From assembly GCF_020745735.1 (NCBI RefSeq), contig NC_083401.1, positions 108,807,740 through 108,871,739 on the forward strand: DNA of 64,000 nucleotides, read 5' to 3'. Source of the stretch: Hemiscyllium ocellatum (taxonomy: Eukaryota). Shown here piece by piece: positions 36,561-49,168 of this stretch. Every line of letters begins with the position of its first letter. Positions within the stretch are counted from its first letter, which is position 1. The notes beneath the pieces were generated by a model that made no database searches, was not told the DNA's origin, and saw only the letters and a list, made by a program, of their open reading frames with translations. The position numbers and the translations under genes were made by a program.

Positions 36561-37039
36561 TTAAAATGTAAACACAGCCCCATGCTGAGATAGTGGGTTC
36601 CAGATCTTTTGAAATTCAGTTGAGCATTTGTAATAGTCTCAGCAGCAATAGCAAACATCTCCTGACATTTTAATCTCAATTTAAAACAGGACAGGACTTC
36701 TCATAACATACAGTTTGATGTCATTACTCCAAAGGGAAATGTACTGTAATGCAGCTCAACATTTAAATAGTCAACTTATTTTTTTCAGCACTGTGTAATG
36801 ATTCACTGTAATTAAAATACCTCGTTTTTACAATGGATAATGTAATAGTGACATTTGAAGTTGTCAAAACGCTAAGCACTTAACAGTCAAAATATTCCCA
36901 ACTGCTCAGCAGATTTCCCTGTGATTGCAAAATCTCCAACCAGGCAGTTTGTTTTAGGACTTAAAAAAATCCCACACCATCAGTATTAGCAGAACTGAGG
37001 GATTTCACATTAGCTATAGGGCATGCGCAAGTTCGTCAG

Positions 37040-38060
37040 TAAAGAGTTAATGGCACTATTTTGAAGATCAGCAGTGAATATATCCTTGTCTTGACCATAT
37101 TTATTCGATACTCAAATGTCTCAAAAAAAGATTTGTTTGGTCATTATTACATTAGAGTAAAAAAAAACTGCAGATGCTGGAATCCAAAGTAGAAGGGCAA
37201 GAGGCTGGAAGAACACAGCAAGCCAGATAGCAACAGGAGGTAGAGAAGTCAACGTTTTGGGTTAACCCTTTTTCAGGACTGGGGATGGGTGTGGGCGGAG
37301 CTGCAGATAAAGTGTGTGGTGGGGCAGGGTGGTCAAGTGGGGATAGGTGAAGACAGATAGAGGGTACGACCTGGTTGGTCTACGGGAAGAATGAATCCAG
37401 TTGGTGCCTGGGAGGAATGGAAGGGATGGGGAGAGCTGGGAAGGGAATCAGGGGGATGGGAAGGGAGGTTATTTGAAATTGGAGAACACAATGTTGAGTC
37501 CTCCGGGCTGTAGGCTCCCCAGGAGGCCAAGGATGGCCATGAATGAACCAAACCACATATTGGAGGAACAACACCTCATCTTCCGCCTAGGCAGCCTGCA
37601 GTCTGGAGGACTCAACGTTGAGTTCTCCAATTTCAAACAACCTCCCTTCCCCAACTCCATTCCCAGCCCCTCCCCCACCCTTCGACTGCTCCCTGCCACC
37701 AATCAGATTCATTCCTTCCACTGACCAACCAGGTTGTACCCTCTACTTGTCTTCATCCTGCCCCCGCGATCCTCTTTATCTGCAGCTCTCTTTACATTCG
37801 CCATCAGTCTTGAAGTAGGTTTATACCCGAAACGCTGCCTCCTCCACCATCTGATGCTGCCTGGCTTGCTGTGTTCTTCCAGCCTCCTGCCTGTCTACTC
37901 TGGGCATTACTTAATGACTGTTTGTGGGAGTTAGCTGAACATACATTGGCTGCCACTTTTCCTGCATTGGAGCACGACAACACCTCAAGTACTTAACCAA
38001 GTTTAAGATGCTTTGAAACATCTGTTGGAGCGAAGCACCATATAAATGCAGTTTCTTCCA
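37040..38060 (+). mobile_element. Deu-domain SINE (SacSINE1/AmnSINE1-like) split by a Penelope insertion
   Basis: atggcactattttgaag...tgtcttgaccatattt, tgtttgtgggagttagctg and an L2-type tail gcaccatataaatgcag match the recalled DeuSINE consensus. Confidence 0.6.
37153..37900. mobile_element. Penelope element, family B, two inverted 3' ends (about 370 bp arms)
   Basis: The right arm encodes LEEQHLIFRLGSLQSGGLNVEFSNF (PLE ORF C-terminus); the left arm is its reverse complement plus tail. Decayed duplication tggtcattattacatt / tgggcattacttaat. Confidence 0.85.
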
Positions 38061-38587
38061 ACTATTTAGCTTACAAAATCAAAGTTTCAGACTTTGGAAC
38101 AATTCAAGTCTCCAAGGCAACATCAGATAGCCAGGATGTTTCTATTGACTGAAAATTACATAACAAATTTCATGTTGTTATGACAGTGATAGAATGTCTG
38201 GGCATGTGCTGAATGAAATCTAAAAGGCAAGGCATTCTAAATTTGACCAGCTGAAATAATGAGTGTATGCTGAATGTTTAGCTGACAGGTTTAGTTCTGG
38301 ATCAAGGAATAGACATTTTGAGAAAGATAATGTAATTCATCATGCTTGTCAACCGCACAAATGGTGATACTTTCTGTGTCAGCCCACCTGTTTGGTTCAG
38401 TGCATCTCGTTCTGTTCTTTTCAAACTGAGACAGCATTGCATGACTCACCATCTAGGTGTCTTTATTAGAAAAGCCTTTTGTATTCCTGTTTGTGTTTGT
38501 TCTCAGAAGTATCTTCTCACAGAAATAAATTCAACTGAAGCTGACAGAGTAAAGAAAATATCCAGCATCTTGCATTCAACTCTGTCC

Positions 38588-38720
38588 ATTCTGAAGGGTC
38601 ATTGGACACCAAACGATAACTCTGCTGTCTCTCCACAGTTGCTCCCTGGCCTGCTCAGTTTCCCCAGCATTTTCTGTTTTTGTTTCAGTTCATCAGTATC
38701 TGCAGTTCTTTGTTTTATTT
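38588..38720 (+). mobile_element. Decayed Penelope family C end (sense orientation)
   Basis: ctgaagggtcattggacaccaaacgataactctg...atctgcagttctttgtttt, the reverse complement of the 47655 copy. Confidence 0.65.
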
Positions 38721-38744
38721 GAGATTCTGAGTAACTGCGTCCTC

Positions 38745-39680
38745 ACCAGGACATAGACTGTCTGCTTTAATTACGTTTGGAGTACTTTCTAAAATTTGAG
38801 TCATTTACAGAAAAAATATAGAGGCACTGGAGAGTGTGCAAAAAATATTTCCGGGGATAGAAATGTGTGCTTATATATGTTTAAGAGAGACTACTACAGG
38901 TGCCTGGATATAAAGGGAGATGGGTATAGTGAAGAAAAATGGAGTTGAGGTAAAACGTCAGCCATGATCTACTTGAAAGAAGTACTGAATGGCCTATTCC
39001 TATATCCAATGTTCCTGTTCTATATCTATCAACAAAAAGGATATTTCATCTTGGGGGACAATCTACAATGAGAGGTCATAATTTTGGGATAAGGAGTAAC
39101 AGATTTAAAATAGAGATGAGAATTTTTAGATTAGATTCCCTGAGGTATGGAAACAGGCCCTTCAACCCAACAAGTCCACACAGACCCTCCGAAGAGTAAC
39201 CCCCCAAACCCATTCCCTTATGTTTACACCTGACTAATGCACCTGGCACGATGGACAGTTCATTCAACCTGCACATCTTCAGAGTGTGGGAGGAAGCTGG
39301 AGCACATGAAGGAAACCCAGGCAGGCACGTGGAGAATGTGCAAACTCCACACAGATAGTCGCTCGAGGCAGGAATCGAACCTAGGTCCCTGGCGCTGTAA
39401 GGCAGCAGCACTAACTACTGAGCCACCGTGCCGCCCATAAAAAAAAATTTCTCATAGGGTCATGATTCTGTGGAATTTACTATCTCAGATTGGGGTGGAT
39501 GCTAGGACATTGAGCAAATTTAAAGAGGAGATAGATTTTTAAAGAGTAATGGGTCGAAAGATATGGAGAGCAGGCAGCAAAGTGGATTGAGGTGGAAATG
39601 AGATCATCCATGGTGTATCAAATAGTGGAACAAGCTCCAGGGAATGAATTGCCACTCTTGCTCCTAATTCTTATATTACA
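38745..39680 (+). mobile_element. Old CR1 3' fragments interrupted by an HE1 SINE
   Basis: ALESVQK, RFKIEMR and KFKEEID remnants plus CR1 3' UTRs. Confidence 0.65.
39126..39436 (-). mobile_element. HE1-type V-SINE (older subfamily)
   Basis: Head ccaccgtgccgccc, B-box ggaatcgaacc, V-domain and HER1-like tail. Confidence 0.88.
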
Positions 39681-40214
39681 CAGAAGTATTCTCAGGCTTG
39701 GGTCTCTTTTATTTAAGGTAGGGTGGGACAGAGAGAACACTAAGGAATGGTTTGCTAGAGATGCTTAAAAGTTTGAAACTTTTCAGCCATGCATTTAAGA
39801 TAGTTTACAAGTCATTCAATAGGGAAGGAAGGTCAGAAGAAATGTGCTTCCTAATAAACCAGTGAAAATGTGGAGCTCTACCAGAAAGACTGGTTGACGT
39901 GAATAGTGCACTCGTATGCCAGAAAAAGCTGGTTAGGCAAGTGAGGGGAAAGGAATTAGAAGTTTATACTGAACAATATAGCTGAGGAAAAACAGCAGTA
40001 AGTTTGAACTGAACACAAAATGCCAACATTGCCTGGTTAGACCAAATGTTTCAGTCCTGTATATTAAGGTTGTAAAAGTATATTCACATTTGATCCAACC
40101 AAGATACTTCTCTAATTATATTTAAAAGAGCCACAGTGTGAATGTAACAGCGTATTATAGAATTTCTTAATTCCTAATATCCTTCTGCTGATAATAAAGT
40201 AATTTAATTGAGAA

Positions 40215-40610
40215 TCATAGAAAATCCTAGAATCATGGATTTGTACAGCATAAATGGCTATCAAAAGAGCTATTCTGTTAGTCTCCAGCCCTGTCTCTGT
40301 AGCTCTCTAACGTCTCCACTTTTAAACATATACCTAGCTGTCTCTTAAAATCGCCAATGGAATCCGTCTGTACCACTGTCTCAGGAAGTGGATTCCAAAT
40401 CCTAACAACTCTCTGAGTAACGAACATTCTGTTATTCTCACTCCTAGCTTGCTTCTTGACAATCTTGAAACTGTGACCCTAAGTTACTGACATACCCATA
40501 GTGGAGATAGGATATCCTTTTTAACCCTGTCAAAATTTAAGCCCTCACTAAGGTCATCTTTTAAACTTCTCCGCTTCAGGGAGAATAAGCCCAAATTCTC
40601 TAATCTGTAG
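40215..40610 (-). mobile_element. Old CR1 3' fragment
   Basis: Minus strand RVVRIWNPLPETVV; (atcatagaa)-type tail. Confidence 0.6.
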
Positions 40611-40939
40611 CATACATTTTATGAATAATGTCCAAATATACTAAAATTTAAATAACAATGTTGAAAGTATGTTCTAATGTACACCCACTGTTTATTGTCC
40701 AATATCGTAAATATCACCAAAAGCCAAACCAAAATGCTACAGCCAGTATCAATTCTGTGACATCTCTGTTTAAATATTTGACAGGGGGCAAAGTTCTGAG
40801 AGATTGTTTAGAATCTTCTCTGCTCAAGATGGTAATATGTAAAATTACATGTAAATATAATGTATTTTCACATAAAAGAACAGATCAGCCAGTGTGAGAT
40901 GGGAATGGAAAGTAACTGAAGTTATGTTTTATTTCACAG

Positions 40940-41079
40940 TGAAAAATATCAAAGACTCTGTGAAAACAGGCATTTTAAAATGGAGAGAAGAGCCATCCAG
41001 ATTGTTATCCGGAAATAAATTTCAGGAACGTTACTTTGTCCTGCAGGATGAAAAGCTGTTCCTTTATAAGGATGCAAAG
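40940..41079 (+). CDS. ARAP2: ARAP2 coding exon (PH5 N-terminal half): VKNIKDSVKTGILKWREEPSRLLSGNKFQERYFVLQDEKLFLYKDAK
   Basis: Acceptor ttttatttcacag, donor AAG|gtgtgt, 140 nt, phase 1 to 0. Contains the EEPSxxLSGNKFQxRYFVL motif. Confidence 0.94.
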
Positions 41080-43204
41080 GTGTGTCTGTACATTTTATAC
41101 TGTTTATTTATGAGTTATTGCCAGAAAGTTTAGTGCACTCTGACACAGAGGTTTGGAACAAGTGGGAGGCAAAACTGGAAGTGAATTCAGAATACAGATT
41201 CCCGTCTACCTATTTCTGAACTCTGAGCAAGCGGGCAGGACAGGCAGCCAATATGTTCCCAGGACTCTTGTTGGCAATTTGAATACTTTAATGTTACTCT
41301 TCATTTACCAAACCTGAATGTTTCCTAGGTCTTGTTGCATTCCTGCACAGACTGCTTCAGTACCTGAGGAGTTACAAATGGGACAGTAAACTGCAATTAT
41401 CAATGAACCTCCTCACCTTTAACCATGGGTTGGAGGAATGGTAAATGATCAATCAGCTGAAAATTGTCCAAAATTACTGAGTTATTGGTAAGTATAGGCA
41501 GACTGTAGTTCAAGAGAGTGATTTGCTCATCTTCTGGATTGGTGTAAGATGATTGATACTATTCCTCACCTTCTGTTCCACCCACTTCTAATACTGCACA
41601 GCTGAGGCAGGATAAGATAGAATCAGCATCCCACCTTAAAATCTAATATGGTATGGTAAGCAATAGCATGATAAGTCAATCCATCAGTGATATGACTTCT
41701 CAGACTGTAAGATTTCAGTAAAATGTTGGACGTGGAATGTCTTGCCCCAGATATCCATTAACTACCAGCGGTGCTTTGAGCCCCAACCAATGGGGCAAAA
41801 AGTGAAGACTGGTCAATGTGCTAAAAAGTCTGGAACTAACTGGAATGACTGAATGTGGGTGTTAGCTGGTGAGGGCAAACCTCCAAATGGAAGCCTACTG
41901 TCTTCAGCCACAGTAACGCAAGTGGAAGGTGACATCTCTGCCCCAACCCTCTCATTTTAAACTCCTATAGTCCCCTTAAATTGTCCTACCATTTTTGGAT
42001 TTCCAAAGGTGAATAAAACTGAAACCAAGTTTTGTAGGAGACTTGTAGGGCACAGATGTAACGGCGTTTTGTTAATCTTTCATTTTAAATAGCTTTATAA
42101 AGAACTGTTGACATTAAGCAAACATAACATGTAGAATATTGTTCAAGCAGGTGTTAGAGAAACATTGTCGATAATATTTTTTCAGTTGCTTTTAATTATT
42201 CAGGGTGAAAGATTAAAGTATAGTACAGTGCAGCATATTATAAGGACAAGTCATCACTGCATTAGGAATTAGATTAAAATGAACTGTTTGGTAAGCTTTG
42301 GCTCCCATTTTCATTGACAGTAAATGGCAAGGCAGTTTCATCATAGTGCAAACAGAAGTGTTTTCTCTTCAGTATTTTTAAATTATAACCTAAGCTTCTG
42401 TAAATAGTATCTATACCTGAACGTTCCCAAAATGGTCACACTTTAATTTGGAAGTCTCAAAATTCTTTAGATACAGAATATAAGATTTGCAAACTAATTA
42501 AAATGTGGAGTTCTCCTGATTGACATAACGGGGAAATAATGAATTACATTTAGATGAAACAAAAACTATTCATTGGAAAAGCATTTTTCTTGTTGTCTAT
42601 TTAATCATATAACTAAGAATTACCATCAAACTAAGGACTGAGAAGGGTACATGTAGGAATGCTATTCCTGTAAAGATTGGAACCATTCAACAGGGTCCAC
42701 TATCTCTTTTACCACAGAACCTTGAGGACTTTAGTGGGCAACTGCATGGTGAACTTGTGGTCAAAGGTGTTTTTCTGCACAAACCTTTTCCATGAGTAAC
42801 AAATGGTGCAGCACAATCTCATTGACTGGAGCATTCTGTGGTACATTGCCAGACCCATCCTTCACAGCACTGGAGACAGATAGAACATCTATGTTTAGTA
42901 ATCCCTGAGGGAGAATTTTGCTCTCGCTGATGTGTAAAGGATAATGGCAAGAGTGCTGAGTTCAGTCGAGTGCGAATCCAAAATTTGATATGGAGTTAAA
43001 TTGTCACAATTAAGTCCACTTTCCTTAAATGCTAAGGTCATTTTCTTTCTTACTGTCAGGTAGTAAGAATATACATTATTCGTATCTTGCTAATTTTGCA
43101 CAAATAAAAGCAAAGTGCTGTGGGAGGTGGAGAATTGAAGTTTGGAGTTCCAAAGACCACAAAACTTTAACTTGAACTCATTTCTCATAGCATCCAAAAG
43201 GATT

Positions 43205-43295
43205 TAATGATGCAGTGATAGTGACCCTTACCTCTGAGCCAGAAGATCTGGGTTCAGCTGTCACTTGTTCCATTGGTATGTCTGAAAAGATTAAT
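43205..43295 (+). mobile_element. Short tRNA-derived element (third copy)
   Basis: tgatgcagtgatagtgacccttacctctgagccagaagatctgggttca...tatgtctgaa matches 2048-2156. Confidence 0.6.
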
Positions 43296-43299
43296 TTCA

Positions 43300-44190
43300 T
43301 TTAATCTGGAGACCCCAGTGACATCCCACACACGACAATTCATGATGTCAGTGCTGCTGTCTTCATGAGAGCCACCAATTCAATTTGTTCCCTTTGAACA
43401 GGAGGAGCAGGTTAGATAGGCAGGAGGCTGGAAGAGCACAGCAAGCCAGATGGCATCAGGAGATGGAGAAGTCAACGTTTCGGGTGTAACCTTTCGGAGC
43501 AGGCAGCAAGGACATGAGGATTCTCAACCATCCTTTGTTTCCCATAGGTTCAGGGTGCAACTGATTGTAGCTGCATAGCAATTAGAGCACCCTATCATCA
43601 GCCAGCACATTTGTGCACGGGAAAGGATTCCACTCCATTAATGTTCCAACCATTTAAAATCACAATAGCTCAATAAAGTAGGCCTTCACCAAATATCAGG
43701 GAGCTGCCACAACTTTAAGTCCTTGGACAGCTCATAGGTACCAATGGCTTTCAAAGGTCCTCAGCCCATACAAGGCTGTTTGCTGGGCAATAAAGTGTAT
43801 TCACTCCCCCGCCTGGTTGATGACCCGTCCAAGAAATCTTCAGGCTGCCATTGAGAAGCAATAGAACCCTGACCACTCTTCAACCAGGCCTATTGTAAAA
43901 CAGACCATTGGCCCTCTGAAGATAAGGTGCTGCCACCAGAACTGGTAAGGCAGTGCCATGCAGTATACCCTAGACAAGATGCCCCACATCCCAGTAGTAT
44001 GCTGTGCCCTCCACAACATCAGTCATAAAGGAAAAATGTCAAATATGAATGAGAACAGTCCTCTGAGGAGAAAGATAAAGGTGATGATCTTCAGGTGGGC
44101 AAGGTAACAATCAAAGAAAGGAAGACAGGGCATTAGTTTGCCACGCCAGAGAGATCCTGATAACCGCCTACTTCCATTATGACCGAACTG
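43300..44190 (+). mobile_element. Fossil PIF/Harbinger transposase (DDE_Tnp_4 / HARBI1-like)
   Basis: Across stops and frameshifts: FP*VQGATDCSCIAIRAP, KGFHSINV, GCLLGNKVY..WLMT, STRPIVKQTIGPLKIR and QYTLDK...VVCCALHNI. These are the ordered Harbinger DDE motifs. Confidence 0.85.
43412..43495 (-). mobile_element. Penelope family B single short arm inserted in the Harbinger fossil
   Basis: Matches the arms at 37190-37270 and 37820-37898. TSD ggagcagg (43404-43411 / 43496-43503). Confidence 0.8.
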
Positions 44191-44973
44191 GATTGAGATC
44201 TTCTCCCAGCCTGCTGTTATTTTATTTGTACTTTGGCTGTCTGCTTGATGTGATTCAGATTCCTCAAGGATTGAGTAGTTTTCTACTTGATTGATCCATG
44301 CAATAAAATATTAACTTTTAATTTCAACTGTGGCTCTGATATCTTCACACCTTGAAATTTTTCATTACATGTGGAAAACCTGTGTTGGAGCACCTTTCGT
44401 GCTAAAACAACAGAGCTGCAAACAGCGATAACCTCATGTTCCTAGATTTTTGTGCAAGAATAACCCTTGTGCCAAAGATACGTGTTCCATCAGGGAGTGC
44501 AGTCCCTGGTGGAAGTGACCAAGTTGCCCTCAAATCAGACCCTCACCGTGCATGAAGTGCTTCAGTTTGCAGTGAGCCTTCATTCTAACTGTGCAACAAT
44601 GCCTGACTTCCTCTCTAATAATGCTTTCATTACAATGGGCTGTGAAGTATGTATGTTCCCTCCATTGCACTTCACAGTGTTGTAGTTTGACACCTTGATT
44701 ATATGTTGTCCATCTCGCAGCCTTAAATATCAGAGCACAGTTTTGTGTACCCTTGGTTGGGATAGAATTTTTGCTTCCTGGAGCCTGTAGACACGTGACC
44801 AATTCCACCATCAATTCCATAAGGTTCATGTGCAGAGTGTAATATCGCAGGCCCATGCTCCTGCCCTTGATCCCAATCTGTGGGATTCATCTGTAGCACA
44901 TTGGCCACAATCCCAGCTTCTAGGTATGTGCTTCCCTGATAGATGACCTCCAGCTGACCAGTTTCAATTCCAG

Positions 44974-45279
44974 CCGGGTTTGAATCCCACCTCGGGCGAC
45001 TTCTGTGTAGGGTTTGCACATTCTGTCCATGTTTGCATGGGTTTCCTTCGGGTGCTCTGATTTCCTCCCACAGTCCAAAGATGTGCATGTCAGGTGAATT
45101 GGCCATGCTAAATTGCCCATGGTGTTCAGGGATGTATAGGTTGGGTGCATTAGTCAGGGGTAAATGTAGAGTAATAGGGTAGGGGAATGGTTCTGGGTGG
45201 GATACTGTTCGGAGGGTTGGTGTGGAGGTGTTGGGCTGAAGGGCCTGTTTCCACACCGTAGGGATTCTAAGTATTCTAA
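44974..45279 (+). mobile_element. 5'-truncated HE1-type V-SINE
   Basis: Starts at the B-box gggtttgaatcc; V-domain and HER1-like tail present. Confidence 0.88.
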
Positions 45280-45755
45280 GTTTGTTAACTGAGAGAGGAA
45301 CTAAGTTGTGGCAATTGAAATGCAGCAACTCCTTTCACTGGTCAAAGAAGCTGCACCTCTGTCACCTTCGGTAACTTTACCCAGGCTTATTGGGAAATAA
45401 GACTTTGACAGGTGTCAGAACAGTGCAAGGGAAGAGATAGAAGCCTGTATTGTGTTCAACAATTGAGCATCTGTGTGCCCTGTCCCTCCCTCTATGCCTT
45501 GGTGTGTGCCCGCAGCTAGGATAGAGGGAACCTGCTGGTTGTAATCCCCAGTGGTATTGAAGACATTGGGGTCCTGGTACTTAGAGGGCACAGTCTCCTA
45601 CAAAAGTTCAGGCTCACACTCCTTGGACTGACCTGGTAGGCAATGGGGGAGGTATCTGTGGAGTGTCTTGAGATGGACACAAGTGTCCCATTTAAAAATA
45701 CTTCTTAAAGTATTGTATTCCCTTAACTTTCAGCTGGCTGTTGCAAATATAATTA

Positions 45756-45939
45756 CAGGTCATTCTGTAATGCGATTGATGAACTAGGAATGGTGTTTCT
45801 ACAGCGGGAACTTTTAAAACATGTTTTGGCTGTAATTTAGTTACAGTGCCAACACTTTGTGTTGTTGCTAAAGTGCAATTTTTCTGTAATGGGGTTTCAC
45901 AACAAGAATGCAGCTATTGCATTATAGAAAAAATGACTG
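45756..45939. mobile_element. Tc1/mariner (Tigger-like) MITE
   Basis: TA|caggtcattctgtaatgcgat ... attgcattatagaaaaaatgactg|TA: imperfect terminal inverted repeats starting CAG, with a TA duplication. Confidence 0.6.
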
Positions 45940-46289
45940 TATAATATTGATAAATTGACTGAGTATTTAGATGTCATTACATTGCTAGGACAAGCAGATG
46001 CAAAGAAAATAAGACTCCAAAATCGCTGCATCTATTACTTGTCAAAGTAAATAATTATCAATTGGAAACATGAAGTCATGTTTTGTTTATACCTTCAGTC
46101 GTAGAAAAATTATAATTAACTAAAATATGACACTTCATGGCCTGACATATCCTTCACACTACTGCAAACTACCACATTTCAATAAAGGGTGCAGGACATC
46201 ATGACAAAAACAGCACCAGACATATGAAAAATGAGCTGTCAACCTAGTGAAGATATGCAACAGGTCTACTCGCATGGCAAGGAGCAGAA

Positions 46290-46800
46290 GCGGTGTGCAG
46301 AAATTCATCTCCTCACTCTCCAAAACCAACTATCTGCAAGGCACAGTTCTGAAGCATGATGGAATACCCTCATTGGTAACAGCAATAAAGTAGCTCAACA
46401 CTATCCTGGGTAAAGCAGTCTACTTTATTGGCTCCGTATCCACTACTTATAACATTCACAATCTCTACCAACAATGCATTGTCAGCAGTGGGTACCATCT
46501 ACAAGATTGCACTGTAGTAACCCACCAAGGATTCTTAACAGCATCAACTAAATTAGAAAATCAATTGCAGAAGATAAATAGGCACACTACTGCTTGCAAG
46601 TTCCCATCTCAACTGCACACCATCCTGAGTTGAATCGGTATCACCATTCCTTTAATGTCATTGAGTCAATATCCTGGAACACCCTCCTTAATGGCACTGT
46701 GAGTCTCCCTACATAGTATAACCAGCAACAATTCAAGATCGTGCACTTCAAATGAAATTAGGGATGAATAATAAATTCTGGCCTAGCCAGAGTCTTATCC
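46290..46800 (+). mobile_element. CR1/L2-clade LINE family B, 3' fragment
   Basis: Colinear with 15860-16400; tail attagggatgaataataaattctggcctagccag. Confidence 0.7.
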
Positions 46801-47117
46801 TGTGATTTTATTTTTACTAAATTTGAATGCAGTTCTTCTGGTTTTGCAATTCAGTTTTTCACAGAAATGGACCATTGAATCCAATGGTTCCTTGTTCCAC
46901 ACAATTGTCCTCCCATCTCTAATCTCTAACTAAACTTAAAAGTTTATACGTTTTTCTTAATTGCTTGAAATTGAAAGATCTTTCTGTGGAACGTTAATAG
47001 ATACACAACAGAAAGGTGGGGATGTTCTTTGGAAAACACTACAGTGTAAGGGAGATGTTGGCATGGTTTGCTTAGGTTACACCATATTAAATGGGTCAGT
47101 AGATACATACAGTTATA

Positions 47118-47399
47118 TAATCCCTACAGTGTGGAAGCAGGCCCTTCAAATCCTTACCAATCCTCAGAAGAGCATCCTACCCAGACGCACCCCACATTCT
47201 AGCCCTCTAACCATGCATTTCTACTTACCCTGCAAGCTATGGGCAAATTAAATGGCCAGTCCATCTAACTTGTGGGAGGAAACTGGAGCAGAATGTGCAA
47301 ACTTCACGTGCCTAACGTGGAATCGAACCCAGGTCAATCAAACCCAGGTCCTTGGTGTTGTGAGGCTGCAGTCCTAACCACTGAGCCACCATGCCACCC
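47118..47399 (-). mobile_element. Degraded HE1-type SINE
   Basis: cagtgtggaagcaggccctt ... ggaatcgaacc ... ccactgagccaccatgccaccc. Confidence 0.75.
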
Positions 47400-47654
47400 G
47401 ACTGTGGAGGAGGGAATTGTGCGTAAGAAGTGATAAGACAGAAGAGAATTTGTTGAAAGATACTAGTGTGTCGAGAAGGTTAAAAAATATCAAACAGGGG
47501 CAATTGTAATCATTGACTTTTAGAAAAATATGTGTGGCAGGTAGCAGGAGACTTCTTTTGTGACCAGTAGTTCATCATCTGCCCATGTAGGTAAGGCAGA
47601 TGATAGATAAACTAAAAGATTGATTATTGATAATACTTACATTTTCTTTAACAA

Positions 47655-47793
47655 AAACAACCAAAAGAACTGCAGATGCTGGAAACAGAAGAAAAATTAG
47701 AAATTGCTGGAAAATCTCAGCAGGTCTGGCAGCATCTTTGGAGAGATATCAGAGTTAACATTTCAAGTCCATTGACCCTTCTTCTGAAGAAGG
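47655..47793 (-). mobile_element. Penelope family C end with the stub of a fold-back
   Basis: gaactgcagatgctgg...cagagttaacatttcaagtccattgacc followed by the micro-palindrome ccttcttc-t-gaagaagg. Confidence 0.7.
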
Positions 47794-47804
47794 AATTCTA
47801 GCTG

Positions 47805-48540
47805 CTGTCGTAAAGAGTGTTGGTCAGATCATATTTGAAGCACTGTGTAAAGTTTTGGTCTCCTTATTTAAGAAAGGATAAAATATGTTAGACGTAGTCC
47901 AGAAAAAGTTCATTCAACAGATGCCTGGGGTATAGGTGGAATTTATCTTCTTGAGAAAGGTTGGTATAGTGAGTAGAACCAGGACCACGTGGACCTCATT
48001 GGCAGGCATCCTTGATTGCGGCTGTTAACCATGGCTAATCAGGGAGCCCTGGCTCACAGCTATAAATAGAGATTCAGAAGGTCTCTCCGGTCTCGGCACT
48101 AGCTCTAAGCTGGCTGGTCAGGGCCCATATGCTGTACACATGTAAATAAAAGGTGACTTGATGATGAGACACTGGTCTCTATCCAGTTATTTTGGTTGGA
48201 CAAGTTGGGTCCAAACCTATGGAGTTTAGAAGAATGAGAGATGATCTTATAGAGTCAAAAGATCCTGAGACGATTTGGCAGAATGGATGTTAAAAGAATG
48301 TTTTACTTTATGGGAGAGACTGAAGCTGCAGATAAACTTGGAAAGTAGAGGATCTCCCATTTAAAACTGAGATGAGAAGATGCTTTTTCTTGTGAGGATT
48401 GTTAATCTGTGGAATTCTCTTTGCCAGGAGGCAGGATAGTTGAATGTTTTTCATGCTCAATGGGATAGATTCTTTTATCTCTGAGAAGTTAAAGGGTATA
48501 GTAGGTAGACAAGTAGGCAAAGACCACAATCGATCACTTA
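47805..48540 (+). mobile_element. Old CR1 3' fragment interrupted by a solo LTR
   Basis: FWSPYLRKD, LDVVQKKF, EFRRMRDDLI and LWNSL remnants. Confidence 0.75.
47965..48194 (+). mobile_element. Putative solo LTR (230 bp)
   Basis: 5-bp TSD gttgg (47960-47964 / 48195-48199) splits the CR1 codons ERL|DKLG. Internal tataaata (48061) and aataaa (about 48145). Termini TA...TG, possibly decayed TG...CA. Confidence 0.65.
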
Positions 48541-48543
48541 CTT

Positions 48544-49168
48544 GATTGGTCAGAGTATTAAGTACAGGAGTTGGGAGGTCATGTTGTGGCTGTACAGGAC
48601 ATTGGTTCGGCCACCTTTGCAATATCGTGTGCAATTTTGGTCTCCTTCTTTTCAGAGGATGTTGTGAAATATCATCGGGTTTAGAAAAGATTTACAAGGA
48701 TATTGCCAGGGTTGGAGGTTTTGAGCTACAGGGAGAGGTTGAATAGGCTGGGTCTGTTTTCTCTGGAGTGTTGGAGGCTGAGGGGTGACCTTATAAAGGT
48801 TTATAAAATCATGAGGGGCATGGATAGGATAAATAGACAAAGTCTTTTCCCTGGGGTCAGGGGGTCCAGAACTAGAGGGCATAGGTTTTGGGTGAGAGCA
48901 GAAAGATATAAAAGAAACGTAAGGGGCAACGTTTTCACGCAGAGATTGGTGTTTGTGTGGAATGGGCTGCCAGAGGAAATGGTGGAGGCTAGTAAAATTG
49001 CAACATTTAAAAGGCATCTGGATAGGTATATGAAAAGGAAGGGTTTGGGGGAATATGTGTTGGGTGCTGACAGGTGAGACCAAATTGGGTTGGGATATTT
49101 GATCAGCATGAACGAGTTGGACTGAAGAGTCTGTTTCCATGCTGTACATCTCTATGACTCTATGACTT
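48544..49168 (+). mobile_element. HER1/CR1 LINE 3' fragment
   Basis: ORF 48703-49077 is the CR1 ORF2 C-terminus; (ctatgact)n tail. Confidence 0.92.

Noticed and set aside
40785-40831. Possible extra exon (acag|GGGGCAAAG...AAGATG|gtaata) before the PH5 exon
   Set aside because: 47 nt would break the phase 1-1 junction, the pyrimidine tract is weak and there is no ARAP similarity. At most a cryptic exon.
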